From the NCBI GenBank assembly GCA_942493105.1, contig OW818668.1:120001-152000 (forward strand): a stretch of DNA of 32,000 bases, read 5' to 3'. The DNA is from an uncultured Erysipelotrichaceae bacterium. GTDB lineage: Bacteria; Bacillota_I; Bacilli_A; Erysipelotrichales; Erysipelotrichaceae. A program made the position numbers and the translations under genes. Below the pieces are notes generated by a model that worked only from the letters and a program-made list of their open reading frames with translations, did no database searches and was not told the DNA's origin. Below are positions 16,919 through 24,787 of this stretch, piece after piece (the stretch's first letter is position 1; the number at the start of each line of letters is the position of its first letter).

Positions 16919-18395
16919 CTAAGATAATACGGGGATCAATACGAGTAATCAACAAGTCTCCAAGCAGCACTGATAAAATAGCTAAACTTGTAAAGATAAA
17001 CGTCAAGGTGATGACCATGTTGTTGTTGAATACGCGGATTGAATCATTGAGCATCTTACCCATTCCGGGAATAGAATAAATCCGCTCGGTTATAATGGCC
17101 CCTCCGATAGCCCCAATGATTGCACCTGGCAGACCATGTGCTATTGGAATGATTGCATTCCTTAAAATATGTTTAATATAGATTTGGCCTTCAGACAAAC
17201 CTTTAGATCGGGCAAACTTTACGTAATCCGAAGTGTTTTGATCTACCATATATCGACGTGTCCACATGAGTAAGCCAGCGATGGAAGGTAAGGCTAAAGA
17301 AATCGTAGGCATAATGTATGAAAGGACATTATTAGGTCCTAAGGTAGGAAATGATTCAGGTAATTGGAACAAACTTGAGCCAATGTAACGGAATAGGTAG
17401 ATGTAAGCTAAGGCAGGTACTGCTATAACAAACACAATGTATACCATACCCGCTTTGTCTATTGCTTTACCTTTTCGCGAAGCCATGTACATTCCCAAAG
17501 GTATAGAAATAAGATATGAGAAGATTAAGGCTAAAATTCCAAAGATAAACGATGTTCCCATCATTGATGGAGCGTCTTTGTTCAATTTGCAGTTAGCGTA
17601 GTTATCAGTAAATTTAGTTTTCTCCAAAGAATCTAAACTCGTTTTATAGCTGCAAGTATATTCTTTAACTCCACTTTCAATAGTAACTCCTGAAGGAAAT
17701 TTCACAGGTTTAAGGACATTGATGCCTTGTTCCATTGTTAGAACTTCAAAAGTAGGGATACCGTTAAAATTTGGTATAGATCTTCCAAAATTCAAACTAA
17801 TCCAGTTCTGGTGAACAAATGGAAAAGACCAATCAAAATATATAAGATACTTATGCTCACAACCACTGCACATAACGGCATAAGAAGTCTTATTCCAATT
17901 TTGACCAATGTATATCTTACGTTCGATATTTGGATTACCACTATCTTGAATTACATTAGGGTTATCAATTACGATCATTTTCGCAAAGAACGAGAAAAGT
18001 CTTTCCAACATAGGAATTTCTCTTGTTGCATATATAACTCCAGACAATTGAATTGTTGTAAAGTTATAACCATTTTTCTCATACTCAGCTTTTAAGCCCT
18101 TGAATAATGAAGATTCACTATCCATGCAGATTGTAAAATTGCTGGTTGCTGGGCCATACTCTGTACGACACATTTCTTCTTGTGTTGCAAACTTCAAGTA
18201 TCCAAGCTCCTCATATTTGCCATTGACATAAAGAGGTAGTTGCTCAGGACGGTTTGAAATTTTCTGATAAGCACCATCGTTCTCAAACACTCTATTGCGT
18301 GGTACAAACTCAAAAATGAGCATATAAGCAATTGAGGTTACAGCCAATATGGATAAAAAGGATCTCAATATGCGAATCAAAATATATTTCTTCAT
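16878..18395 (-). CDS. oppB: Oligopeptide ABC transporter permease OppB/AmiC (long form)
   Basis: 505 aa. Permease core plus a ~190-aa Cys-containing extracytoplasmic insert after TM1, the same size class as streptococcal AmiC. Confidence 0.85.
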   Translation of the reverse strand: MKKYILIRILRSFLSILAVTSIAYMLIFEFVPRNRVFENDGAYQKISNRPEQLPLYVNGKYEELGYLKFATQEEMCRTEYGPATSNFTICMDSESSLFKGLKAEYEKNGYNFTTIQLSGVIYATREIPMLERLFSFFAKMIVIDNPNVIQDSGNPNIERKIYIGQNWNKTSYAVMCSGCEHKYLIYFDWSFPFVHQNWISLNFGRSIPNFNGIPTFEVLTMEQGINVLKPVKFPSGVTIESGVKEYTCSYKTSLDSLEKTKFTDNYANCKLNKDAPSMMGTSFIFGILALIFSYLISIPLGMYMASRKGKAIDKAGMVYIVFVIAVPALAYIYLFRYIGSSLFQLPESFPTLGPNNVLSYIMPTISLALPSIAGLLMWTRRYMVDQNTSDYVKFARSKGLSEGQIYIKHILRNAIIPIAHGLPGAIIGAIGGAIITERIYSIPGMGKMLNDSIRVFNNNMVITLTFIFTSLAILSVLLGDLLITRIDPRIILDDKKKGKKRNVKR

Positions 18396-18408
18396 ACGTA
18401 CCTCAGGG

Positions 18409-18442
18409 TAATAAAGGATTAGGTTACCCTAATCCTTTATTA
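18409..18442 (-). promoter_or_regulatory. Intercistronic 15-bp stem-loop with GUAA tetraloop between oppA and oppB
   Basis: Minus-strand RNA UAAUAAAGGAUUAGG-GUAA-CCUAAUCCUUUAUUA, a perfect stem with no U-tract, followed by CCCUGAGGUACGUAUG (oppB RBS/start). Confidence 0.6.
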
Positions 18443-18480
18443 GTTTCAATTATACTTGATTAGAAAACTTAATTCAATAA

Positions 18481-20469
18481 TTACTTAGCACGAGCCTTTT
18501 CCCATGCAGCTTTAGCAGCAGCACGTTCTTCACCAGTGATAACATGGTCAGTAACCTGTAGCCATTTGAATTTATCGCCAGAAATACCGTAATCTGCATA
18601 AGAACCAGAATATGGAAGAACTCTAGATACAGCGTAGTTTCCACCTTGTGAAACGTTCGGGAGAATAATGCCGTGAGCAATTAAATAAGCTTCAGCAGCA
18701 GCATATTTCTGATAACGAACATCCAAGTTGGTGTATTCAGCATTAGCTGCATCATTCAATGCACCAAATGCCATGAAACCAGCAGCAGTCTTAACATCAA
18801 CGTCTTTATCCAAACCATTCAATAAGCCGAAGGATTTCAATAAGTCGCCATTGTTAGGATTTAAAGTATTAACGTAAGTCTTAGGATCACCGTAGTCAGG
18901 GCCCCATCCAGAACCTAAGTTGATGTCATAGTTCTGCTGGTCAGCAGTTTCGGTGTAGAAGAAAGAAGCGGTATATTCAGCATTTGTTGTTGCATAATGG
19001 ATGTCAACTAAGACTTTTCCAGGGAATGCTTCTTCAATCATTTTCTTGAATGCTAAACGAGTTGCGATATTGATTGAACCTAAAGATGCATTAACATCGA
19101 TAACGATTGGCCAATCAACAGTAGAGCCCAAAGTAGTCACTGCTTTATTCATCAGTTCTTTGGCTAGAGTTAGATTATAGAAAGCATCTTGAGAATCTGA
19201 TAAATCAAAACCAGCCGGGAATTCAGTTGCACTGATTTTTGTCATTTCAGCTGAAACTAATTCTGCATATGATTTTCCAGTACTTGTAGATACAAATAAA
19301 GGAGCGGTGTAAACGTTACGCAAAGCATTTAATTTCAAATCTTCGCCAACGCTTTGTTTATTCAAAGCACCACGATCGGTAGCACGGAAAATAGCCTTGC
19401 GGAAGTCTTCATTGAGAATGGCTTTCTTGGTGTCTTCTTTTTGCTTATCGGTCTTGTTTGATTTCAAGGCTCCGGCTGTAGTTGTTGCGGTCCCATCATC
19501 ATAATTCATATATGCACGACGATTATAGTTGAATGTAATATAGTACGTTGTTGTATTTAAACGGCTTACATAGATGCTGTCCCCATATTTAGCTTTAGCA
19601 GCAGTATAGAATGCAGGATCATCTGTATAAACTGGAGCGGCAACATAGTCACCTTTATCGAAAGCTCTGTACAAGGATTGCTTGTCTTGGCCATCATAGT
19701 AAATTAACTTAACGGCTGGAATAAAGACATTTTTCTTATCCCAATAGGTTTGGTTTTGAGTATATTCAATTACTGAGGCAGCGGTATTGTTGCTTAGTAA
19801 ATAAGCACCGTTGTATAGAATTGAAGAAGGTTCTGTCGTACCAAATTCGCAAGTTGAAGGATTAGGATCCCCCAATTTACATCCAGCACCCTTAGATTCC
19901 AAGAATTCGCGGTTTACTCCATATAAAACTGAGTAAGACAACATAGTTGCGAAATAAGGTGTGGATTCTTCGAGTGTGTACACTAAAGTATAGTCATCAG
20001 TTGCTTTGACACCGACTTGTGAGAAGTCAGAAATCTCGCCATCATAATACTCAGTATAATTTTTGATTACACCTTGCAAAATATAAGCAGTTTCGGATTT
20101 AAAATCAGCGCCATGTTGCATACCAGCAACCCAGTCGTCAGCCTTTACAGTGCCAGCAACTTCACCGTCAACGGTTACCCATTTGACGTTTTTGCGGATT
20201 TTGAAGGTCCATACGGTTTTGTTTTCATTGGAAGTCCAAGAAGTGGCCAAAGCCCCAACGAGTTGTCCCAACGGATTGTGTTCAACCAAACCATCAACAA
20301 AGTTTGTTGTGTGTTGGTGAATCGGCTGTTCATACGCTGTCAGATAATCCAATTGATAGATATCTGTTGTATAGACGTATGTGTAGGCGTTACGATAAGC
20401 TTTTTTGGATTGACAACCAGTCAGAACCATCGTAACTAGCAGTAAAACTACTAATAACTTTTTCATCAT
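18481..20469 (-). CDS. oppA: Oligopeptide-binding lipoprotein OppA/AmiA
   Basis: 662 aa. Signal peptide plus lipobox MVLTGC. Family-5 SBP size and sequence. RBS AAAGGAGGAAA. Confidence 0.9.
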   Translation of the reverse strand: MMKKLLVVLLLVTMVLTGCQSKKAYRNAYTYVYTTDIYQLDYLTAYEQPIHQHTTNFVDGLVEHNPLGQLVGALATSWTSNENKTVWTFKIRKNVKWVTVDGEVAGTVKADDWVAGMQHGADFKSETAYILQGVIKNYTEYYDGEISDFSQVGVKATDDYTLVYTLEESTPYFATMLSYSVLYGVNREFLESKGAGCKLGDPNPSTCEFGTTEPSSILYNGAYLLSNNTAASVIEYTQNQTYWDKKNVFIPAVKLIYYDGQDKQSLYRAFDKGDYVAAPVYTDDPAFYTAAKAKYGDSIYVSRLNTTTYYITFNYNRRAYMNYDDGTATTTAGALKSNKTDKQKEDTKKAILNEDFRKAIFRATDRGALNKQSVGEDLKLNALRNVYTAPLFVSTSTGKSYAELVSAEMTKISATEFPAGFDLSDSQDAFYNLTLAKELMNKAVTTLGSTVDWPIVIDVNASLGSINIATRLAFKKMIEEAFPGKVLVDIHYATTNAEYTASFFYTETADQQNYDINLGSGWGPDYGDPKTYVNTLNPNNGDLLKSFGLLNGLDKDVDVKTAAGFMAFGALNDAANAEYTNLDVRYQKYAAAEAYLIAHGIILPNVSQGGNYAVSRVLPYSGSYADYGISGDKFKWLQVTDHVITGEERAAAKAAWEKARAK

Positions 20470-20510
20470 TTTCCTCCTTTTAAGAAAGTACAGATGTGTA
20501 CTATACCTTG

Positions 20511-20539
20511 ATTATAAAGAGGTACCCAAATTATGTCAA
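20511..20539 (-). promoter_or_regulatory. opp operon promoter, perfect consensus TTGACA-17-TATAAT
   Basis: Minus strand TTGACA (20539-20534), 17-nt spacer, TATAAT (20516-20511). Confidence 0.7.
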
Positions 20540-20626
20540 TTCTAATTTCACTGTATTTTCACAAAATGGCTAGTTTTCACATAAAATTTCTGAAACAATT
20601 TTCATTGATAAAAACATCACTAACTT

Positions 20627-20655
20627 TTGCCTATTATTGGCCTTTTTGGTATACT
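20627..20655 (+). promoter_or_regulatory. tRNA-Ser promoter TTGCCT-17-TATACT
   Basis: TTGCCT 20627-20632, 17-nt spacer, TATACT 20650-20655, 13 nt before the mature tRNA 5' end. Confidence 0.55.
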
Positions 20656-20668
20656 TAGTAAGCATTAT

Positions 20669-20759
20669 GGAGGAATACCCAAGTGGTTGAAGGGGGCGGT
20701 TTCGAAAACCGCTAGGAGTCGCAAGGCTCGCGCGGGTTCAAATCCTGCTTCCTCCGCCA
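20669..20759 (+). tRNA. tRNA-Ser (anticodon CGA), CCA encoded
   Basis: Acceptor stem GGAGGAA/TTCCTCC. Anticodon stem GCGGT/ACCGC with loop TTCGAAA. Long variable arm (GAGTC-GCAA-GGCTC). T-arm GCGGG-TTCAAAT-CCTGC. Discriminator G + CCA. Confidence 0.92.
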
Positions 20760-20770
20760 GTTAAAACACG

Positions 20771-20797
20771 AAAAAACACCCATTTGGTGTTTTTTTA
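20771..20797 (+). terminator. Intrinsic terminator after tRNA-Ser
   Basis: AAAAAACACC-CATTT-GGTGTTTTTTT. Confidence 0.75.
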
Positions 20798-20913
20798 CGC
20801 TTGGATCAAATTTTTGCTACCCTAAGATACACGTGCTTATGTCCATTTTTTTACCCAATCATTACACCCTGGTTTGATCCTTGGTTAAAATGCTAATGAA
20901 GTGGAGAACGTTT

Positions 20914-21876
20914 ATGGAAAAAATAAAGAGTGGATTATTAGGAGTCATCGTTGGAGATGCGTTAGGTTTGCCTGTTCAATTTAAGGAGCGCACCTGGTTT
21001 TATAAACATCCTGTCACAGATATGATGGGTTTAGGAGTCTTTAATAAGCCTAAAGGGTCTTGGTCAGATGATGGCAGTCTTACTTTAGCTTTGGCTGCTT
21101 CATTATCTAAAGGTTATGATCCAATAGATATTATGGAAGAATTTTCAAATTGGTTGTTCTATGGTAAGTATACCCAGGATCATCAAGCTTATGACATTGG
21201 GCAAACAACTGCCAATGCGATTATGAATTATCATCGAGGCATCCCTATCAATAAATGTGGTGGAAAGTCTTACTATGATAATGGGAATGGGTCTTTGATG
21301 AGGATCCTACCTTTAGTGTTTTATTTAAGGGTTAACTTTGGTGATGATTTCACCTCAATCCCAGACGCAATGCATATGATTCATGAGGTAAGTTCACTAA
21401 CTCATGCTCATGAACTAGCCAAAATGGCGTGTGGGATCTATCTTTCAATCGCCAATGAATTGCTTAAATCTATTGATATAGAAAACGCTGTGAGACAAGG
21501 GATAATGAAAGCAATTCATTTTTATAATACCGATTTAACTTTCCAAAAAGTAAAGAATGAATTTAATCGACTAGAAGACTTGAAGCAATTCAAAAATCTA
21601 GATGAATCGAAAATAGGTTCTTCTGGATTTGTGAAAGATACGCTTGAAGCTTCACTATGGTGTTTACTTAATACCAGCTCTTATGAAGAAGCTGTCTTAA
21701 AAGCCGTTAACCTTGGATATGATACCGATACGACTGCAGCCGTATGCGGAGGTTTGGCTGCTTTAGCCTATGATAAGATCAACTTGGATTGGATAAAAGA
21801 TTTACGAGAGTTATCCATCGTTGAAGAAATCTGTGATTCCTTTGAACAAAGCTTAATAAAAGAGAAGGCAGTTTAG
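20914..21876 (+). CDS. ADP-ribosylglycohydrolase family protein (ARH/DraG-like)
   Basis: Start at MEKIKSG (GGAG 7 nt upstream). Motifs GDALGLPVQF, WSDDGSLTLA, GNGSLMRILPL and GYDTDTTAAVCGGLA are typical of the family. Confidence 0.85.
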   Translation: MEKIKSGLLGVIVGDALGLPVQFKERTWFYKHPVTDMMGLGVFNKPKGSWSDDGSLTLALAASLSKGYDPIDIMEEFSNWLFYGKYTQDHQAYDIGQTTANAIMNYHRGIPINKCGGKSYYDNGNGSLMRILPLVFYLRVNFGDDFTSIPDAMHMIHEVSSLTHAHELAKMACGIYLSIANELLKSIDIENAVRQGIMKAIHFYNTDLTFQKVKNEFNRLEDLKQFKNLDESKIGSSGFVKDTLEASLWCLLNTSSYEEAVLKAVNLGYDTDTTAAVCGGLAALAYDKINLDWIKDLRELSIVEEICDSFEQSLIKEKAV

Positions 21877-21892
21877 CTGCCTTCTCTTTTAT
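21858..21892. terminator. Bidirectional terminator shared by the convergent ARH and pfp genes
   Basis: GAGAAGGCAG-TTTAG-CTGCCTTCTC flanked by AAA/TTTT. Overlaps both stop codons. Confidence 0.7.
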
Positions 21893-23094
21893 CTCTTATA
21901 GTAAGGTTTTACGTAAGCAGGAACACCATTATGATAAACGATCACAGGTTGTCCTTCAATCAAAGGTCTCATATAGGCAATGGCTTCATCAGTGACGCCT
22001 CTAAAGTTTGGCTTAGCCCAATTGATTGGGAAATTTTTAACGTGATTGGCAACGTTGGATGCGGCTGTAGCGAAGTATTCAACATCATAAGCTTTTGAAT
22101 CTTTACGTTTGATCCCTACCATTTGACCGGTAAAGCTTGGATCTTGAGAACGCATATGAGCACTCATACCTAATTTGAATGATTCTTCAACATCCACAAA
22201 GGACTGTTCAGATGCATGGCAACGTTGCGCTGTCGATAAATCTTGAACTTTAGCTCGATTAGCAACTCCACTATTAAGAATCATGTCTTTGACTGCATTG
22301 GCAGCTCCACCTAAGATCGCATGACCAAAGCCATCATTCTTGGCTTCACCTGCTGCTAAATAAGTCCCGTCTGCAAATCTTGCGCCTTCTGAAACAACGA
22401 TATAACACTTATTGTTTTCATCGATACATTTCTTGACTTCCGCAAGGAAGTTTTCTTTTTCAAAAGGTATTTCAGGCAAAACCAATAAATCAACGATACC
22501 GCTTAAGCAAGCTGAAGCAGCCAACCATCCCGCATCTCTGCCCATGGTTTCAAGGATAAAGACTTCTTGGCGTGTATACACATTGACATCCAACCAAGTC
22601 TGTAAAGCCGTTGTCGCAATGAATTTAGCGGCAGAACCATAGCCTGGGCAATGATCCGTCATCATCAAATCATTATCGACTGTTTTAGGGCAACCGACAA
22701 AACGGCGATTGGTGATGTTGTGAGCTGCTGCGTATTCACTTAATGCAAACACGGTATCCATAGAATCATTACCACCGATATAGAATAAAGTATCCACATC
22801 ATATTTTTCCATAACAGCAAATAGTTTCTCGAAATCTGCCGTATTGCTTCTTTTAAGCTTATATCTGCAAGATCCTAATGCACTGGCTGGTGTTTGTCTT
22901 AAAATTCTGTTCTCTTCTTCGCTCATCTGGCTTAAATCAACCAGTTTTTCTTGAAGGATCCCTTCAATCCCATTAAGTCCACCTAATACTTTCGTATAGA
23001 TCGGATTCATTTGATTGGCCTTGACCACCCCTGCTAAAGTCGCATTGATGACTGAGGTTGGTCCACCTGATTGTGCTACGATACAATTTCCCAT
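21889..23094 (-). CDS. pfp: Phosphofructokinase, PPi-dependent type by specificity residues
   Basis: Start at MGNCIVAQSGGPTSVINA (AGGAGG 5 nt upstream). Motifs IGGNDSMD (Asp where ATP-PFKs have Gly104) and PKTVDNDL (Lys where ATP-PFKs have Gly124). Confidence 0.85.
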   Translation of the reverse strand: MGNCIVAQSGGPTSVINATLAGVVKANQMNPIYTKVLGGLNGIEGILQEKLVDLSQMSEEENRILRQTPASALGSCRYKLKRSNTADFEKLFAVMEKYDVDTLFYIGGNDSMDTVFALSEYAAAHNITNRRFVGCPKTVDNDLMMTDHCPGYGSAAKFIATTALQTWLDVNVYTRQEVFILETMGRDAGWLAASACLSGIVDLLVLPEIPFEKENFLAEVKKCIDENNKCYIVVSEGARFADGTYLAAGEAKNDGFGHAILGGAANAVKDMILNSGVANRAKVQDLSTAQRCHASEQSFVDVEESFKLGMSAHMRSQDPSFTGQMVGIKRKDSKAYDVEYFATAASNVANHVKNFPINWAKPNFRGVTDEAIAYMRPLIEGQPVIVYHNGVPAYVKPYYKR

Positions 23095-23193
23095 AATGTC
23101 CTCCTGAGTTCGCAAATATTATACAACTTCTATCATAAGCTTGCCATACCAGATTAACTGAAACCTAAGAAATAACAAACTTTACTTTGTCTG

Positions 23194-23202
23194 TGATAAG
23201 AT
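23194..23202 (+). promoter_or_regulatory. Extended -10 element TGaTAAGAT, 6 nt upstream of the sigma-factor ATG (leaderless candidate)
   Basis: TG 23194-23195, TAAGAT 23197-23202, AAAAAC, ATG 23209. No Shine-Dalgarno, no good -35. Confidence 0.4.
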
Positions 23203-23208
23203 AAAAAC

Positions 23209-23718
23209 ATGAAGTATACACCAGATGATTTCAATGCCATATATCACGCCACATTCCCTCAAATTTCAAAATTTGTTCATTTTAAAGTGAGCTGTCTTGA
23301 AGACGCCCAAGAAATTGTTCAAAACGTTTATTTGGACTTCTATCGGTACATTTTTGCCCATGACAAGAAAATTGAAAACATCTCTGCTTATCTGATTTCA
23401 ATGGCTAAAAATGAACTGTCACATTACTATAAAACAAAAAGTGAGATCCCTTTTATCTTGGATGAAGCCGATAATATGATGTTGGAACAGATACCAGATG
23501 ATCAAGATCTTGAAGGTGAAGTCATCAACAGTCTTAGTACCCAAGAAATTTGGAACATCATCGAAACAATGCCTGATCTTGATAAACAAATCCTAGTGGC
23601 CCATTATCGTTTTGATTTGCCCTTTTCTGAAATTGCAAGATCTCTAAACATGCCGGGATCGACTGTAAGAAGTCGTCATCAAGCAGCACTTGAGACCATT
23701 AAGTCCAAAGTTAAATGA
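23209..23718 (+). CDS. ECF-type sigma-70 family RNA polymerase sigma factor
   Basis: 169 aa. Region 2-like AQEIVQNVYLDFYRYI. Region 4 HTH LPFSEIARSLNMPGSTVRSRHQAALETIK. Confidence 0.85.
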   Translation: MKYTPDDFNAIYHATFPQISKFVHFKVSCLEDAQEIVQNVYLDFYRYIFAHDKKIENISAYLISMAKNELSHYYKTKSEIPFILDEADNMMLEQIPDDQDLEGEVINSLSTQEIWNIIETMPDLDKQILVAHYRFDLPFSEIARSLNMPGSTVRSRHQAALETIKSKVK

Positions 23719-23776
23719 CTAAATTTTCGTCATCTTCACATCCAAACCTCTCTAATACTGTGAAGGGAAGTAAAAC

Positions 23777-24745
23777 ATGAAAAATAAACTTACACAAAGC
23801 ATTCATGAACATGCGTATAACGAAGAAAAAATGTTGATCAACATATATATGACCGCGCGTTCTGAAGGTTTGAAACCCTCAACACGGAGGATTCCATTTA
23901 TGAAACGCTTTCTTAAAATCGGCTTAACCGTCGCGATCGTCAGTGTATTCGCATTGGTCAGCTTGACTCAGTTTGGATTATTCAACCTGTCAGGCAAGAA
24001 TACGATCACCGCAGTATACGCACTAGACATCAACCCCAGCTTTGAAATATCTGTCAATAAAAATGATAAGGTCGTTTCAATCGTTGCGGTCAATGATGAC
24101 GCAAAGACCATTGAAACAGAAGACTTATATGGTAAAGATGCTGCATTTGTCATAGAAGAATTGATTAAACGGTCCACATTAGCTGGCTTCATCAATGATG
24201 AAGATCTGGTCGATGACTATGTCGTCATCACAACCATCCCGATGACCAATGATGATGAAGATCAAACCGATGATCTTGAAGATAAACTTGATCAACGCAT
24301 CAAGGACAGTGAATTCCTACAAAGTTTAAATGTAGCCATCATTAAATCAGAACTAAGAACGCTTAGAGAAGCTGAAGGTAAGAAGATCCCTGTTGGACTC
24401 TATGTCATCAACGGAATGGTCCTATTACCTGATAACACTTATATCAGTGCCAAAGATTTCTTCTCAAATCCTGAATATCGTGCCACATTCCAAACCAAAG
24501 GCGAAATCAAAGAAGACAAAGTCAATCGCTTAAAAGCGCGTATTCTAGATGCTATGGAAGAATTGGATGCTTTAGGTATCGATACAACAGACATCAAAAA
24601 TCGTTTGATCTCTGCGACTGGACAAGATCTTATAAAGATCCAAGTTGAAGTCCGCAAATTATTAAGTAAACATGACATTGGAACTGAAGACGAAAAGAAT
24701 GCCGATAAAGGCAAACCTGACGACGTCGGTAATCCAAAAAACTAA
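23777..24745 (+). CDS. Putative anti-sigma factor (single-pass membrane protein)
   Basis: Immediately downstream of the ECF sigma. One TM helix (IGLTVAIVSVFALVSL). The extracytoplasmic segment YALDINPSFEISVNKNDKVVSIVAVNDDA resembles the post-TM region of RsgI-type anti-sigma factors. Acidic/coiled-coil tail. Confidence 0.6.
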   Translation: MKNKLTQSIHEHAYNEEKMLINIYMTARSEGLKPSTRRIPFMKRFLKIGLTVAIVSVFALVSLTQFGLFNLSGKNTITAVYALDINPSFEISVNKNDKVVSIVAVNDDAKTIETEDLYGKDAAFVIEELIKRSTLAGFINDEDLVDDYVVITTIPMTNDDEDQTDDLEDKLDQRIKDSEFLQSLNVAIIKSELRTLREAEGKKIPVGLYVINGMVLLPDNTYISAKDFFSNPEYRATFQTKGEIKEDKVNRLKARILDAMEELDALGIDTTDIKNRLISATGQDLIKIQVEVRKLLSKHDIGTEDEKNADKGKPDDVGNPKN

Positions 24746-24753
24746 TGCTTATC

Positions 24754-24787
24754 AAAAGACTTCTTAAATCCTAAGAAGTCTTTTTTT
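24754..24787. terminator. Bidirectional terminator between the anti-sigma gene and ABC-F gene
   Basis: AGACTTCTTA-AATCC-TAAGAAGTCT flanked by AAAA / TTTTTT. Confidence 0.75.

Noticed and set aside
20584-20598. CodY-box-like sequence AAATTTCTGAAACAA upstream of opp
   Set aside because: Only 11/15 matches to AATTTTCWGAAAATT in a very AT-rich spacer, which is not distinguishable from chance without a genome-wide model. Presence of CodY in this organism is unknown.
20669-21900. tRNA-Ser as an integration site / small genomic islet carrying the ARH gene
   Set aside because: No integrase, no repeat of the tRNA 3' end downstream, and no compositional break that I can see. Only a weak GGATCAAA/TTTGATCC inverted repeat (20811-20880).
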